Shown one piece after another: positions 39,390 to 50,077 of a stretch of DNA of 64,000 bases (positions are counted from its first letter, which is position 1; each line of letters begins with the position of its first letter). The notes under the pieces are model-generated. The model was not told the origin of the DNA. It saw nothing but the letters and a program-made list of their open reading frames with translations, and searched no databases. A program made the position numbers and the translations under genes. The DNA lies in NCBI GenBank assembly GCA_963662585.1, contig OY759729.1:1120001-1184000 (forward strand). Reading direction: 5' to 3'. The DNA comes from Candidatus Cloacimonadales bacterium (GTDB taxonomy: Bacteria > Cloacimonadota > Cloacimonadia > Cloacimonadales > JAFGVF01).

Positions 39390-41177
39390 TTAGACCTCAG
39401 AAATTAAGGGAACTTTAGCAATAAATTTACTATTAGATTCTATAATTATAATATTGATTTGCTTAAGGAGGTATAATCTTTGATTTAAGTTTTTCAAACC
39501 TAACTTAGAAGTTGGTTGATTATGTTTCTTCAGCTGTAGATTATTTTCCACAATCACAAAATCATCTTTTGTATAAATGTCTATCTCTAAAGGTTTTTCA
39601 TCAGTAGCAATATTGTGTTTTATCGCATTTTCAATCAACATCTGAATACTCAGAGGAGGAACAAACTTAGAGAAATCATCCTTGGAAATAGAGAAATTAG
39701 TAACAATCGTATCGTTAAACCTCTTTTTAAGCAAGAAAATAAAGGCATTACAGAAATTGAGTTCTTCTTCTACAGTAACAAAATTGTTTTCTTGAGTATC
39801 AAGCAGGTAACGATATACTTTTGAGAATTCTTGAATATAATCAATAGCACACTCTTTATCGACTTCAATAAGGGCAATAAGTGTTCCTAGGCTATTAAAG
39901 AGGAAATGAGGGTCTAATTGTTTTTTTAAGCTACTAAGTTGTGATTCTAAATTAAATTCAGTTAGTTCTAAATTCTTTATCTTTTGAATTTGTAGTTCAT
40001 TGATAGCCATGTTATATTGTCTATAAGTATAAACTGCAAAAGAGAAGATCCAAGCAAAGAGTCCCAAACCCATTGGGCCAAACATTGTTATTGTACTACT
40101 TTTTGATAAGAAGAGGGGAGAAATTAGAAAGATTGTATTTAGAGTAGCTGAAATGGAGAAGAGATTCTTGGTATTCAAGAGATCTAATTTAGTTTTTTTA
40201 AGCTGAATAATGATAAGTACATTGAAAACAGCTAATAGTGATAGAATAAAAAATCTATCGAAAAAGATAAATTGAGGAAAAATATATGTTAAGATAAGAC
40301 TAACTAAGATTAATAATGAAATAAATGCTAAGCACTTTCTTTTAAGAAAAGAGGCAATAAGCAGTCCGAAAAAAAACCAAATCAAATGGTAAAAAGTAAT
40401 TATATAGATCATTCTAGTATAAGTAAAGTCAGAGAAAAGTAGAGATAATGGAGATAACATCCAATAAAAGATACCTGCTGTTGCCATTAATAGAGAAAAG
40501 AATAGTATAGTTTGATTAAATTTTTTCAAAGTTATGATAAAGATTATAAAGGTAATAAAACTAACAAAAAGCAGAAAGTTACCTACAAAAAAGGTTAAGT
40601 AATCAGTATTTCTTTTAATCACTTCTTCATTAATAATATACTCTTTAATATTCTCTTCATCGCCAACTAGAATAGGGAAAAACTTAAAAAGTGGTATTTT
40701 CTGATCTATATCAATAGAAAAGTAGATATTATTATATTGGAATTGAGAATTATCACTTTTATTACCTAAAGAGATAATCTGTTTATTTATATGAGAATCT
40801 ATATTGTAGTTACCTATAGTAGATTGAGTCTCTTTGGTCGGATAAATTTGATCAGGATAATAGAGACGAAGATTATTCTTCATAGAGTGGAAATAGATTG
40901 AATTGAAAGGAATAATCATACCAGAAATATCAATTTTAAACCATACTCTAGTTTCATCTTCAATAATATTGTGCCTATAAGCGTCTAAACTTTTCCATGC
41001 AGTTGGCGGAATTGATAGAAAGTTTGGTTCTAAATCATTAAATTTAGGAATATTACCTATGAAGTACTTTATATCTTCATGTCCGAAAATCTTAAGTTTA
41101 TCTTCAAAAAAGTTAGAGACAGATGCTAGATTAGATAAAGAAAAAATTATAAGCAGAATTAACTTGATGTTCTTCAT
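39390..41177 (-). CDS. LytS/YehU-type membrane sensor histidine kinase
   Basis: Periplasmic N-terminal domain, about 7 TM helices, KQLDPHFLFNSL, VPPLSIQMLIENAIKHN, GLKNL..R. Confidence 0.9.
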   Translation of the reverse strand: MKNIKLILLIIFSLSNLASVSNFFEDKLKIFGHEDIKYFIGNIPKFNDLEPNFLSIPPTAWKSLDAYRHNIIEDETRVWFKIDISGMIIPFNSIYFHSMKNNLRLYYPDQIYPTKETQSTIGNYNIDSHINKQIISLGNKSDNSQFQYNNIYFSIDIDQKIPLFKFFPILVGDEENIKEYIINEEVIKRNTDYLTFFVGNFLLFVSFITFIIFIITLKKFNQTILFFSLLMATAGIFYWMLSPLSLLFSDFTYTRMIYIITFYHLIWFFFGLLIASFLKRKCLAFISLLILVSLILTYIFPQFIFFDRFFILSLLAVFNVLIIIQLKKTKLDLLNTKNLFSISATLNTIFLISPLFLSKSSTITMFGPMGLGLFAWIFSFAVYTYRQYNMAINELQIQKIKNLELTEFNLESQLSSLKKQLDPHFLFNSLGTLIALIEVDKECAIDYIQEFSKVYRYLLDTQENNFVTVEEELNFCNAFIFLLKKRFNDTIVTNFSISKDDFSKFVPPLSIQMLIENAIKHNIATDEKPLEIDIYTKDDFVIVENNLQLKKHNQPTSKLGLKNLNQRLYLLKQINIIIIESNSKFIAKVPLISEV

Positions 41178-41260
41178 ATTTCCTCAATAATATTTAGGGA
41201 TTTAGTTCAAAAAAGACTTATTCAAATTATGCTGTTTTCCCCTATCTGGTCAAGTATTAT

Positions 41261-42025
41261 TTATTCTATTCTTTGAGCTAAATAGATAATATTATCAGAA
41301 GTGGAGGTAAGCTCATTCAAAGCGAAATCACCATAAGCAGATATTAACTTAAATCCGCAATATTCTAGAAGTAGCTCAAGATAATCACTTCTAATTCCTT
41401 TTAAGGAGAGGGTATGATGCAAAACTTCTCTTTCACCTTCTCTATTCTCCATAACATAGCTGTCATTCCAAGTAGTAATTTGACTAATTCTATCAACTTG
41501 ATGAGAAGTGTACATAGATATTTCTTTACCAAGATCTTTGTTATGTCTTTTATAAAGAAGCGTTTTCGCCTGCTCTATTGGTAAATCACAAGTATAAGGA
41601 CAAACATCAAAAGCAATATAGCCCTTAGGATTAAGATAATTACTAATATGTTTAAGAGCCTTAATCTGATCTTGCAGAGTAAGAAGATATTGAAAAGTTG
41701 AATAACTATAGAAAATAAAATTATACTTGTCTGGGAAGTCGTAGTTCAGCATATCACCTAAGAAAATCTTATCTTTAGGAAAATGAGGATGCTTTTCTTG
41801 CATCATCTTGATTAGCACTGATGAGCTGTCTAAACCAGAAATATCTATACCACTATCAAAAAGCTGAGAAGTAATTCTTCCTGAACCACAACCTAATTCT
41901 AGAACTTTACCACCTAGCTTTTGACTTAGCTTAAGCCAGGCTTTATAATCATTAGTTTGATGGGAGTTTATAGCATAAAGTTCCCAGTCAAAGAGAAAGG
42001 CATATTCATTCCAATTTAGCTTCAT
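41261..42025 (-). CDS. Class I SAM-dependent methyltransferase
   Basis: VLELGCGSGR, GLDSS, GDM, L.PKG.IAFD. Confidence 0.9.
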   Translation of the reverse strand: MKLNWNEYAFLFDWELYAINSHQTNDYKAWLKLSQKLGGKVLELGCGSGRITSQLFDSGIDISGLDSSSVLIKMMQEKHPHFPKDKIFLGDMLNYDFPDKYNFIFYSYSTFQYLLTLQDQIKALKHISNYLNPKGYIAFDVCPYTCDLPIEQAKTLLYKRHNKDLGKEISMYTSHQVDRISQITTWNDSYVMENREGEREVLHHTLSLKGIRSDYLELLLEYCGFKLISAYGDFALNELTSTSDNIIYLAQRIE

Positions 42026-42082
42026 TGTTTGCTCCTAGCTTATTTAATTTCTTAGTCCACTTTATGGAAGGACACACTGAAA

Positions 42083-42411
42083 GAATCACCCCCTGTGTCC
42101 CCCTCATGGAAGGGGATTTAAGAGAAAAGGAATCACCCCCTGTATCCCCCTCATGGAAGGGGATTTAAGAGAAAAGGAATCACCCCCTGTGTCCCCCTCA
42201 TGGAAGGGGATTAAAGAAAAGAGGAATCACCCCCTGTGTCCCCCTCGCTGAAGGGGATTTAAGAGAAAAGGAATCACCCCCTGTGTCCCCCTCGCTGAAG
42301 GGGATTTAAGAGAAAAGGAATCACCCCCTGTGTCCCCCTCATGGAAGGGGATTAAAGAAAAGAGGAATCACCCCCTGTGTCCCCCTCATTGAAGGGGATT
42401 TAAGAGAAAAG
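42083..42411 (-). repeat. 47-bp tandem repeat, 7 units (same family as 11291-11489, opposite strand)
   Basis: Unit GAATCACCCCCTGTGTCCCCCTCATGGAAGGGGATTTAAGAGAAAAG, starting at 42083, 42130, 42177, 42224, 42271, 42318 and 42365. Confidence 0.97.
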
Positions 42412-42444
42412 GTCGCTCTGCAAATTCTCAATTCTGACTTAATC

Positions 42445-44130
42445 TTACATTTCTTCTAAAGTCTCAATTCCCAATAAATTTAGAACAATACTAATAGTAT
42501 TTCTAAAAGAAGCTACTAAGGCAATGCGTTGACCTGAAAATTCACTCTTGAGAACAGGGCATTCATGGAAGAAGTGATTAAAAAGCTGACACAAGTCATA
42601 GGCATAGTTAGCCATGCAAGATGGTAAAAGTTTATCAATAGCATCTTGGTGAATCTGAGGGAATTGAGCTATTTTCTTGATTAATCTCATTTCACTTTGA
42701 TTAGCATCCCAAGGTTCAGTAATTAGCTCTTCTTGGGCTTTCCTTAAGATAGATGAAGCTCTAGCATAACTATAAAGTAGGTATGGGCCAGTATCTCCTT
42801 CAAAACGAATAGCTTCTTTAGGATTAAATACCATATTCTTGCCTGTTTCTGTCTTTAAAAGCTGATATTTAATGGCTGCAAGTGAAATAATTAAAGATCT
42901 TCTTTCTACTTCTGCTTTATCCATAGCCTCATAACGCTTAATAATCTCTTCTCCTGCTAATTGAGCAGTATTTAGGATAAGTTCATCAGCATCAACAACA
43001 GTCCCTTCTCGGGACTTCATTTTACCTTCAGGGAGCTCTACCATTCCATAAGATAGATGTTGAATTCCATCTGCATAAGAAGCGCCACACATTTGCAGAA
43101 TCTTCTTAAGAACAGTAAAGTGATACTCTTGTTCATTACCAACCACATAAATAGATTTATCATAACTAAAATCTAAATTCTTAAGATAAGCTAAGTAAAT
43201 ATCCTGAACAATATAAACAGAAGTTCCGTTAGACCTGAGAAGAACTTTCTCACCTAAGCCATACTCTTCCAAGTCAGCAATCACTGCACCGTCTTCTCTT
43301 TTCTGAAAAATATTTCTTTCTAATCCATCAAGAATAATCTCTTTGCCATTGCGGAAAATCTTACTTTCATAATACTCTTTATCAAAGTTGGTTCCGAATA
43401 GTTTAAAAGTCTCAGCAAAACCATTAAAGGCCCAGCTGTTCATTTTCGTCCAAAGATCGACAATTTCCTCATCCCCTGCTTCCCACTTTTCTAACATCTG
43501 CAAAGCTTGATTATCGTAAGTTGGGTCTAGCTTTGCTTGTTGGGCAAACTTCACATAATAATCCCCTACAAAGTGATCAGATTTAATATTACTTGTTTCA
43601 GGACTTTCATTCTGACCAAAATCACGATAAGAGAGCATTGACTTACAGATATGCACTCCCCTATCATTGTAGATACAAGTTTTATTAACATCCTGTCCAC
43701 CATACTTAAGAATACGGGAGATACTCTCGCCTATTGCCATATTTCTTAAATGCCCTAAATGAAGCGGCTTATTAGTATTAGGTGAGCAATATTCAACGAT
43801 AGTACTAATCTTATTAGAACCTTTGCCATAGTCCTTATTGAGAGAATTTAGCAACACTTGAGTAATAATCCATCTTCTCTCTAAAAAGAAGTTTAAATAA
43901 CCAGAAACAGCTTCTACTTTTGAGAATTCCTCTTTGCCTTGAAATCTTGATACTAAATCTTCAGCTATGAGTTTAGGACTCTTTCTAAGTTTCTTAGCGA
44001 GAGAAAAACAAGGAAGAGCGAAATCTCCCAGCTCATCATTAGGAGGAGTTTCTAGAGATTTCTTTAGTTCTACTAGTTCAAAATACTCTGATAATTCTGT
44101 ATATAATATTTGGATAATTTTATTTTTCAT
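42445..44130 (-). CDS. argS: Arginine--tRNA ligase
   Basis: GDFALPCF, VEYCSPNTNKPLHLGHLRN, MKSREG, FEGDTGPYLLY..AR. Start set at ATG 44130. Confidence 0.98.
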   Translation of the reverse strand: MKNKIIQILYTELSEYFELVELKKSLETPPNDELGDFALPCFSLAKKLRKSPKLIAEDLVSRFQGKEEFSKVEAVSGYLNFFLERRWIITQVLLNSLNKDYGKGSNKISTIVEYCSPNTNKPLHLGHLRNMAIGESISRILKYGGQDVNKTCIYNDRGVHICKSMLSYRDFGQNESPETSNIKSDHFVGDYYVKFAQQAKLDPTYDNQALQMLEKWEAGDEEIVDLWTKMNSWAFNGFAETFKLFGTNFDKEYYESKIFRNGKEIILDGLERNIFQKREDGAVIADLEEYGLGEKVLLRSNGTSVYIVQDIYLAYLKNLDFSYDKSIYVVGNEQEYHFTVLKKILQMCGASYADGIQHLSYGMVELPEGKMKSREGTVVDADELILNTAQLAGEEIIKRYEAMDKAEVERRSLIISLAAIKYQLLKTETGKNMVFNPKEAIRFEGDTGPYLLYSYARASSILRKAQEELITEPWDANQSEMRLIKKIAQFPQIHQDAIDKLLPSCMANYAYDLCQLFNHFFHECPVLKSEFSGQRIALVASFRNTISIVLNLLGIETLEEM

Positions 44131-44200
44131 TGAGACCTCTTTAATAAATCTAAATGTCAATTTTTACAAAGCTCAAATTTTAGCAATAATTTTCTTAAAT

Positions 44201-44237
44201 AAAAAAAACCGTAGTCAATATTCCAAAGACTACGGTT
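44201..44237 (-). terminator. Intrinsic terminator
   Basis: AACCGTAGTC-N11-GACTACGGTT with an A8 run, giving the U-tract on the minus strand. Confidence 0.75.
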
Positions 44238-44255
44238 AATATTTAATCTTTATTA

Positions 44256-45182
44256 TTACTTGTCAGTCATCAATTTATCTAGTTCGAAATTGAAATCATC
44301 TACAATGTTCTTCTGAACAATATAAAGTGGTGATTTCTGACTTCCTAACTGAACTAAAACGCTGGTATTGTTATATGGGATAACAGTTAAGAACTTTTCA
44401 CCATCATCAGAAGTGTTGATTTTTATCGACAATTCAGGTGTATTCATAAGTTCTTCATAGTTTTCATACTCTTTATCAAGAAAGTCTGTAGCTCTTAAAG
44501 ATTTGAATCTAGTAAGCAACTTTTTCATCACAGGATTTTCATCTTCAACTTGATGAACAAAATCATTTTCTTTAAACATCCAAAGAGAATCTGCATAAGT
44601 GAACTTATAATTTCTTTCTTTCATAGCTACTTCAAAATCAAGAATATTATCAGTATCAAGTTTTAGAATAACATTCTCTCTCCAACTTTTAACATCTGGT
44701 TTAACTGACCAAGATAGATTTTCTGAAAGTTGGTAAATCTCACTAGCTTGTGGATGGCGTGCATAAGAGAAGTTATAATTATCAGATTTTCCAATCAGAG
44801 TTTTTCTAAGTTCATTTCCCTGAGCATCAAGAATTGTTACTAGAGTTCCTAAAGTGTCAGTAACATTATAGGTTTCTTGCATTTTGTCTGATACTGAGAT
44901 AGGTAATGATGAAGTTTTAGCAGTAGTTAACTTCTTAATTAAATCATCAATCTTGCTTTCCTTAATAGGAGATTCAACTGGATCAGTCATTTCCCATTTA
45001 TCACTATTCTTTACTAAAGTTATAGAGCCACTAGAATCAGCAAATACAATAGTATTGAAATTATCACTATTCTCACCAAAGTAGAAAAAGGCTTTTTCTT
45101 TAGGTTCATTTCTAGTAATCATTAAATAGACAGCAACAGTAAGCAATAATATAATTAAGGTAGTAATATTCTTCTTATTCAT
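44256..45182 (-). CDS. DUF4340-like exported protein of the Gld-type ABC operon
   Basis: N-terminal TM helix and two repeated W.M..P / L..L.A blocks; located after the GldG-like gene. Start set at ATG 45182. Confidence 0.7.
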   Translation of the reverse strand: MNKKNITTLIILLLTVAVYLMITRNEPKEKAFFYFGENSDNFNTIVFADSSGSITLVKNSDKWEMTDPVESPIKESKIDDLIKKLTTAKTSSLPISVSDKMQETYNVTDTLGTLVTILDAQGNELRKTLIGKSDNYNFSYARHPQASEIYQLSENLSWSVKPDVKSWRENVILKLDTDNILDFEVAMKERNYKFTYADSLWMFKENDFVHQVEDENPVMKKLLTRFKSLRATDFLDKEYENYEELMNTPELSIKINTSDDGEKFLTVIPYNNTSVLVQLGSQKSPLYIVQKNIVDDFNFELDKLMTDK

Positions 45183-46746
45183 AAATTCTCTCCAACATCT
45201 TCTTTTTATTATTATAGAGTCTAAAAGAGAATAGACCATAAATAATGAGCAATAGGGAAGGAAGCAAGATATTCATCCATTTAATAAGTTTTTTCTTTTG
45301 ATTAGAAATATCTGTTTTAAGTGGTTTATACTCTGTTCCCCGAGAACGAAGCTGAATCAAAGAAGCATCGCCCACGATTGTATCTAAGGTATTTAGAACA
45401 AATTCCATATTAGTTTTATTAGCTGCCCCAGCATCATCAAGTAGAATATCGCTATCAGCAAGATAGATAATTTGGGTCGGTGCTGACTCATTAACATTAT
45501 CAGGGAAATTAGGGTCATTTGCAAATCCACTCTGGAAAGTTCCTGAATAAATACCTGCAAGAGTAGCAGGTTCTTCCTTAAGCATCTGAGTTAAATCTTG
45601 ATTCATATAGCTATTTACACCAATATCAAAACGAGGAGCATTTACCCTTTTTGTATTCTCTGAAGTGTACATCAAAGGAGTAAAAGTGATTCCTTCTGGA
45701 ACATTGTTACTGTCTAATTCAGAAGCAAATACTAAGCTCATCACTTCAATGTTACCAACTAAATCAGCGTCACTATTAAATTTACTTATAATAGGGATAA
45801 AAGGATACTTCACAGGAGTTTGCATAGTGAACATTCCTTGTCTTCTGCTAAGATTAACCTGTCCACAGTTAGCATCACCAACTAAGTTGGATTTAATATT
45901 CACACCATAAGAGCTTAATAGATCAAACAAGTTAGAAGAAATTGCTTCAGCTTGTTGGGTTTGAATACTTGCCCTTACTCTATCTTGGAAAAAGGCAACA
46001 GAACCGCCTTTCATAATGAATTGGTCAAGATTATAAAGCTGATCAACAGTAAGTGAATCCTTTATACCTGTAACAATTAAGCCATCAACATCATCAGCTA
46101 GAGGAGTAAATAGGTCAGTGTTTTCTACTGCATAACTCTCAGAAACAATTGAGTTAAAGGTAGCATAATTATCTTTCTGCCTACCAAATATATCTTGGGT
46201 TACTTCTTCAGGCTTAAATACAGCAATCTTCTTCTGCTTTTCAGAGATTAATTTCTTTATTGCTAAGGTAATATCATACTCTAAACCTTGAGTCTTTTGC
46301 ACTAAAGGTATTGTCTCAGATTTACCTTGATAAAGAAAAGCTAAGCCCATATAGACTTCCCTAATTTCCATTTTATCATTTTCATTAATCTGCATTTGAA
46401 CAGGATTAATCATATTCTTCTGAGCTTCTTTTTTAAGTTCCTCTTCAGTTCCTGGATCTAAGAATTCAAACTTGAGTTGGCCTTTAGAATAGGCTGCATA
46501 CTCAGCTAAAAGGTCCTTGGTGTAACGACGAGCATCGGCATATTCTGGAGGGAGATTTTCTGAGAAATAAGCCTTGACCACCAATCTGTCATTAAGATTT
46601 TCAATAGTCTCTTTAGAAGTATCTGAGAGAGAATACATTTTATTCTTAGAAAGGTCAAAACGATGAAATAGAGAAACAGAAATTAAATTAATAATAACTA
46701 TGATTACCGTAACAATTACAATATTTATCCATAATGATTTTTTCAT
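45175..46746 (-). CDS. GldG-like ABC transporter auxiliary component
   Basis: RFDLSKNKMYSLS, LEYDIT.AI, LDQFIMKGG, N..FVLN.LD; N- and C-terminal TM helices. Confidence 0.85.
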   Translation of the reverse strand: MKKSLWINIVIVTVIIVIINLISVSLFHRFDLSKNKMYSLSDTSKETIENLNDRLVVKAYFSENLPPEYADARRYTKDLLAEYAAYSKGQLKFEFLDPGTEEELKKEAQKNMINPVQMQINENDKMEIREVYMGLAFLYQGKSETIPLVQKTQGLEYDITLAIKKLISEKQKKIAVFKPEEVTQDIFGRQKDNYATFNSIVSESYAVENTDLFTPLADDVDGLIVTGIKDSLTVDQLYNLDQFIMKGGSVAFFQDRVRASIQTQQAEAISSNLFDLLSSYGVNIKSNLVGDANCGQVNLSRRQGMFTMQTPVKYPFIPIISKFNSDADLVGNIEVMSLVFASELDSNNVPEGITFTPLMYTSENTKRVNAPRFDIGVNSYMNQDLTQMLKEEPATLAGIYSGTFQSGFANDPNFPDNVNESAPTQIIYLADSDILLDDAGAANKTNMEFVLNTLDTIVGDASLIQLRSRGTEYKPLKTDISNQKKKLIKWMNILLPSLLLIIYGLFSFRLYNNKKKMLERIYE

Positions 46747-46758
46747 TTTATTCCTCCC

Positions 46759-47469
46759 CTATCTCTTTTTTAAATCTAAAGTTGTGCCAGCTAAATAAAG
46801 GAATACAAAAGTTAATGAACCAAAATAAATCACATTCCGAGTATCAATAACACCTTTGGCAATATTAGAAAAATGATAGTTTATACTTAAATATTGAAAT
46901 ATTCCTGATATAGAAGGAGGAATAAAGAACAAAGCATAATCTAATATAAAAAAGAAAAAGATAATCACAAAGCTTATTATAAAAGCAATAATTTGATTCT
47001 TGGTAAGACAAGAAGCAAATAATCCAATTGCTGAATATGCTGAGGCTAAAAGAATTAAACCTAGATAACCTGTGAACATAGCTCCTACATCCACATTAGT
47101 ACCAATCAACATTATAGTAATTGGATGAATTAAGGATAACAATAAGCCAGTAACGATTAAGCCCAAGCCAGCTATAAATTTACCTACTACGATTTGAGAA
47201 GACTTCACCGGTAAAGTAGATAATAGCTCAATAGTTCCGCTATTATTCTCCTTAGATACTAAACCCATAGTTATTGCAGGGATAAAGATTAAGAAGATTA
47301 TCGGAATAATACTAAAGAGAGTTCTTAGATCTGATTGATTTAGTAAAAACAAAGGATTAGCAAAGAACCAACCGGTGATAAGAAGAAAACCAACTAAGAC
47401 CATGTAAGCTGCTGGGCTTTTAAAGAATGATGTGAACTCTTTAAGAGCAATAGTTTTGATATAATGCAT
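46759..47469 (-). CDS. GldF-like ABC-2 permease
   Basis: KEF..FF.SP.AY, PAITM...E...GTIELL.TLP, GKF, NQIIA. Confidence 0.88.
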   Translation of the reverse strand: MHYIKTIALKEFTSFFKSPAAYMVLVGFLLITGWFFANPLFLLNQSDLRTLFSIIPIIFLIFIPAITMGLVSKENNSGTIELLSTLPVKSSQIVVGKFIAGLGLIVTGLLLSLIHPITIMLIGTNVDVGAMFTGYLGLILLASAYSAIGLFASCLTKNQIIAFIISFVIIFFFFILDYALFFIPPSISGIFQYLSINYHFSNIAKGVIDTRNVIYFGSLTFVFLYLAGTTLDLKKR

Positions 47470-48410
47470 TATCTATTACCTCCTTCTAAAGTTAGTGATC
47501 TAAATACTTCTTCTAAACTAATATAATCTCTGTGGAATTCTAAAAGAGTCCAATCTTGTTGTTTTATATAGTTATAGATATCTTTTCTCACATCATTTGT
47601 TGGTGTATATTCAAAAACTGCTTCATTAAAATTATCTAAAATAGGTTTAAAGCTAACTAATTTAGCACTTGGAATTATTCCATTAATTTGGGTTAATTCT
47701 TCTTTAGTAGCATCTACTTGAAGAATCAAACGAGCTCGATTAGAATAATCTTCTGTAAGTTCTGCTTGAGAACCATCAGCTACAATCTTACCCCGATTAA
47801 TAATCACAATTCTATCACAGAGTGCTTGAACTTCTTGTAAGATATGACTTGAGAGAATAACAGTCTTCTCTTTTCCTAAATCTTTAATTAGCTCTCTAAT
47901 TTCCACAATTTGATTAGGGTCAAGTCCTGAAGTAGGTTCATCAAGAATTAATATTTTAGGATTATGAATAATTGCTTGAGCCAAGCCAACTCTCTGCTTA
48001 TATCCTTTTGAAAGAGTATGAATAGGTTTTGCCACAACCTCTTTAAGTCCACATTTAGCAATAGTTTTCTTAAAGGCAGAATCAAATTCCTTACCTTTAA
48101 TACCTCTCATGTTTGCCACATACTTAAGATAATCAAAAACAGTCATCTCAAGATATAGTGGATTTGTTTCAGGTAGATAACCAATCATAGCTCTAATCTC
48201 TTCAGAGTTTTCAGCAACATTAAAGTTTTCTACAGAAATATTACCTGATGAAGGGTTTAGATAGCAGGTAATCATCTTTAAAGTTGTAGATTTCCCAGCT
48301 CCATTCGGACCTAAGAAACCAAGAATTTCGCCTTCGTTTATTTCGAAGTTAATGGAATCCACTGCGCGCACTGTTCCATAATCTTTAACAAGATTTTCCA
48401 GCCGAATCAT
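47469..48410 (-). CDS. GldA-like ABC transporter ATP-binding protein
   Basis: GPNGAGKST, LSKGYKQRVGLAQA, ILDEPTSGLDPNQ. Confidence 0.93.
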   Translation of the reverse strand: MIRLENLVKDYGTVRAVDSINFEINEGEILGFLGPNGAGKSTTLKMITCYLNPSSGNISVENFNVAENSEEIRAMIGYLPETNPLYLEMTVFDYLKYVANMRGIKGKEFDSAFKKTIAKCGLKEVVAKPIHTLSKGYKQRVGLAQAIIHNPKILILDEPTSGLDPNQIVEIRELIKDLGKEKTVILSSHILQEVQALCDRIVIINRGKIVADGSQAELTEDYSNRARLILQVDATKEELTQINGIIPSAKLVSFKPILDNFNEAVFEYTPTNDVRKDIYNYIKQQDWTLLEFHRDYISLEEVFRSLTLEGGNR

Positions 48411-48494
48411 TGTTTCCTCTCCTTTATTGTTTTTTTGTAATGTTATATCAATATTAACGAATATGATTACACTTCGTTACATAAAATTTTTCTG

Positions 48495-49673
48495 TCAAAT
48501 ACTTTTCTTCTTGCTTTTCATTGTAAGAACTACTGGTATCATACCAAAAGCTAAGTAACCACCAATTCTAAATGTAGTTACTAAATCTAATTTATCTCCT
48601 AAAAAACCTACTGCAAAAGAAGCTATTGATCCTATAGCAAAGTTAATAGTCATATAAACACCATTAACAAAAGATTGTCTATTAGTGTCTTTATCATGAA
48701 CATAGGCCAAGATGATTGGATGTGAGAAAAACATAAAAAAGCCTAAGAGAGAAAGAAGTACAAGAGCTAAAGTCCCACTAGTATAGGTATATAACACCAT
48801 TAGAATAGGAGATAGAACTGCCATAATCAAAAGAGCATTTTTTCTTCCAATATAATCAGATACAGTTCCAGCAGTAAAAGTACCAACAGCTCCAGCAAAC
48901 TGCATAATAGAGAGAGCCATAGTTGAGACAAAAATAGTAGAACCAGTAGACTTCATATAGGTTGGTAAGAAGGTTACTAAAGCTTGTTTCATTACTCCTT
49001 GAAAGAAGAATATCCCAGCAACAGTAACAAAGATTGGTAGCATATATCTCATAACTTCTTTATGCGAATCATTATTTAAATAAGTTGATTTTACTGCATG
49101 GGACTCTTTTTCTACTTTATTAATTTTGAGCAGAATTAAGAATGAGAGGCAGAGACCAATAGGGATTAATCGCCACACACCTTCTAAGGTCCAGTAGGAA
49201 ATAGCTGCGGTAATAACTAAAGGACCAATAGAACGGGCTAATTCTCCCCCTAACATATAGAAAGACATACCAAGCCCTTTTTTTTCTCCAGCTACTTTCT
49301 TCACAAGAACAGGAGACGGAACATGAATTAAAGTAGAGCCAAAACCAGCTATCAACAATAAGATAAAAAGAGTAAGATAGTTATTAGCCACCCCCATAAG
49401 TGTCATTGAAGTAACGGCTATTGCTGGGGCAGCAGCTACAAAGTACTTAAGTTTATATCTATCGGTCAATGACCCAATAAGAGGGTTAAGTAAATTTGGA
49501 AGTCTTAGAGCTATTGGTAAAGTACCTGCTAACATCAGAGAGAAACCAATTTTATCTTGTAAAAGTGGAAGCAATACTGGGAAAAAACCAGTAAAACTAT
49601 CGTGAAGCATATGAGCAATCGATATTGTTAAGATGTTACCTAATTGAAAGTTACTTTGTTTCTTTTTCATCAT
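48495..49673 (-). CDS. MFS transporter (Fsr-like)
   Basis: About 12 TM helices; AH.LHD, G.LTDR, G..SDYIGRK. Confidence 0.88.
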   Translation of the reverse strand: MMKKKQSNFQLGNILTISIAHMLHDSFTGFFPVLLPLLQDKIGFSLMLAGTLPIALRLPNLLNPLIGSLTDRYKLKYFVAAAPAIAVTSMTLMGVANNYLTLFILLLIAGFGSTLIHVPSPVLVKKVAGEKKGLGMSFYMLGGELARSIGPLVITAAISYWTLEGVWRLIPIGLCLSFLILLKINKVEKESHAVKSTYLNNDSHKEVMRYMLPIFVTVAGIFFFQGVMKQALVTFLPTYMKSTGSTIFVSTMALSIMQFAGAVGTFTAGTVSDYIGRKNALLIMAVLSPILMVLYTYTSGTLALVLLSLLGFFMFFSHPIILAYVHDKDTNRQSFVNGVYMTINFAIGSIASFAVGFLGDKLDLVTTFRIGGYLAFGMIPVVLTMKSKKKSI

Positions 49674-50013
49674 TCCTCATTTCATCTAAGACAGCAAAAG
49701 CTCTTCTCATGTGGGGAATAACAATAGATCCACCGACCAGTAAGCCTATGCTAAGAGCTTCTTCTATTTCTGCATCAGAATAACCTAAATCGAAACAGTT
49801 CTTAAGGTGATAGTTGACACAATCATCACAGCGTAAAACTAAAGATGCAACAAGACCTAACAACTCTTTTGTATTTTTTGGTAAAACACCTTCACGATAC
49901 ATTTGATTGTCTAAAGAAAGAAATCTCTTAGTGTTAAGGGAAGTATAATTAGACATTATATCATTAAGTCTTTCCCTTTCTGCAGAGAATTTATTGATAG
50001 TAGTTTCTTTCAT
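49651..50013 (-). CDS. Carboxymuconolactone decarboxylase / AhpD-like protein
   Basis: KELLGLVASLVLRCDDCVNYH. Confidence 0.88.
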   Translation of the reverse strand: MKETTINKFSAERERLNDIMSNYTSLNTKRFLSLDNQMYREGVLPKNTKELLGLVASLVLRCDDCVNYHLKNCFDLGYSDAEIEEALSIGLLVGGSIVIPHMRRAFAVLDEMRNDEKETK

Positions 50014-50077
50014 AAATACCTCGTATAATTTTATTTTAAACCAAGATATTTAATCAGGAAAATTTGTCTTGTTTTTT

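Noticed and set aside
42083..42411. CRISPR array (also 11291-11489)
   Set aside because: The units are contiguous near-identical 47-mers with no unique spacers, and there are no cas genes in the window.
44256..48410. Gliding motility system
   Set aside because: GldA/F/G-like ABC operons with DUF4340 are widespread in non-gliding bacteria, and no gldK-N or spr genes are in the window.
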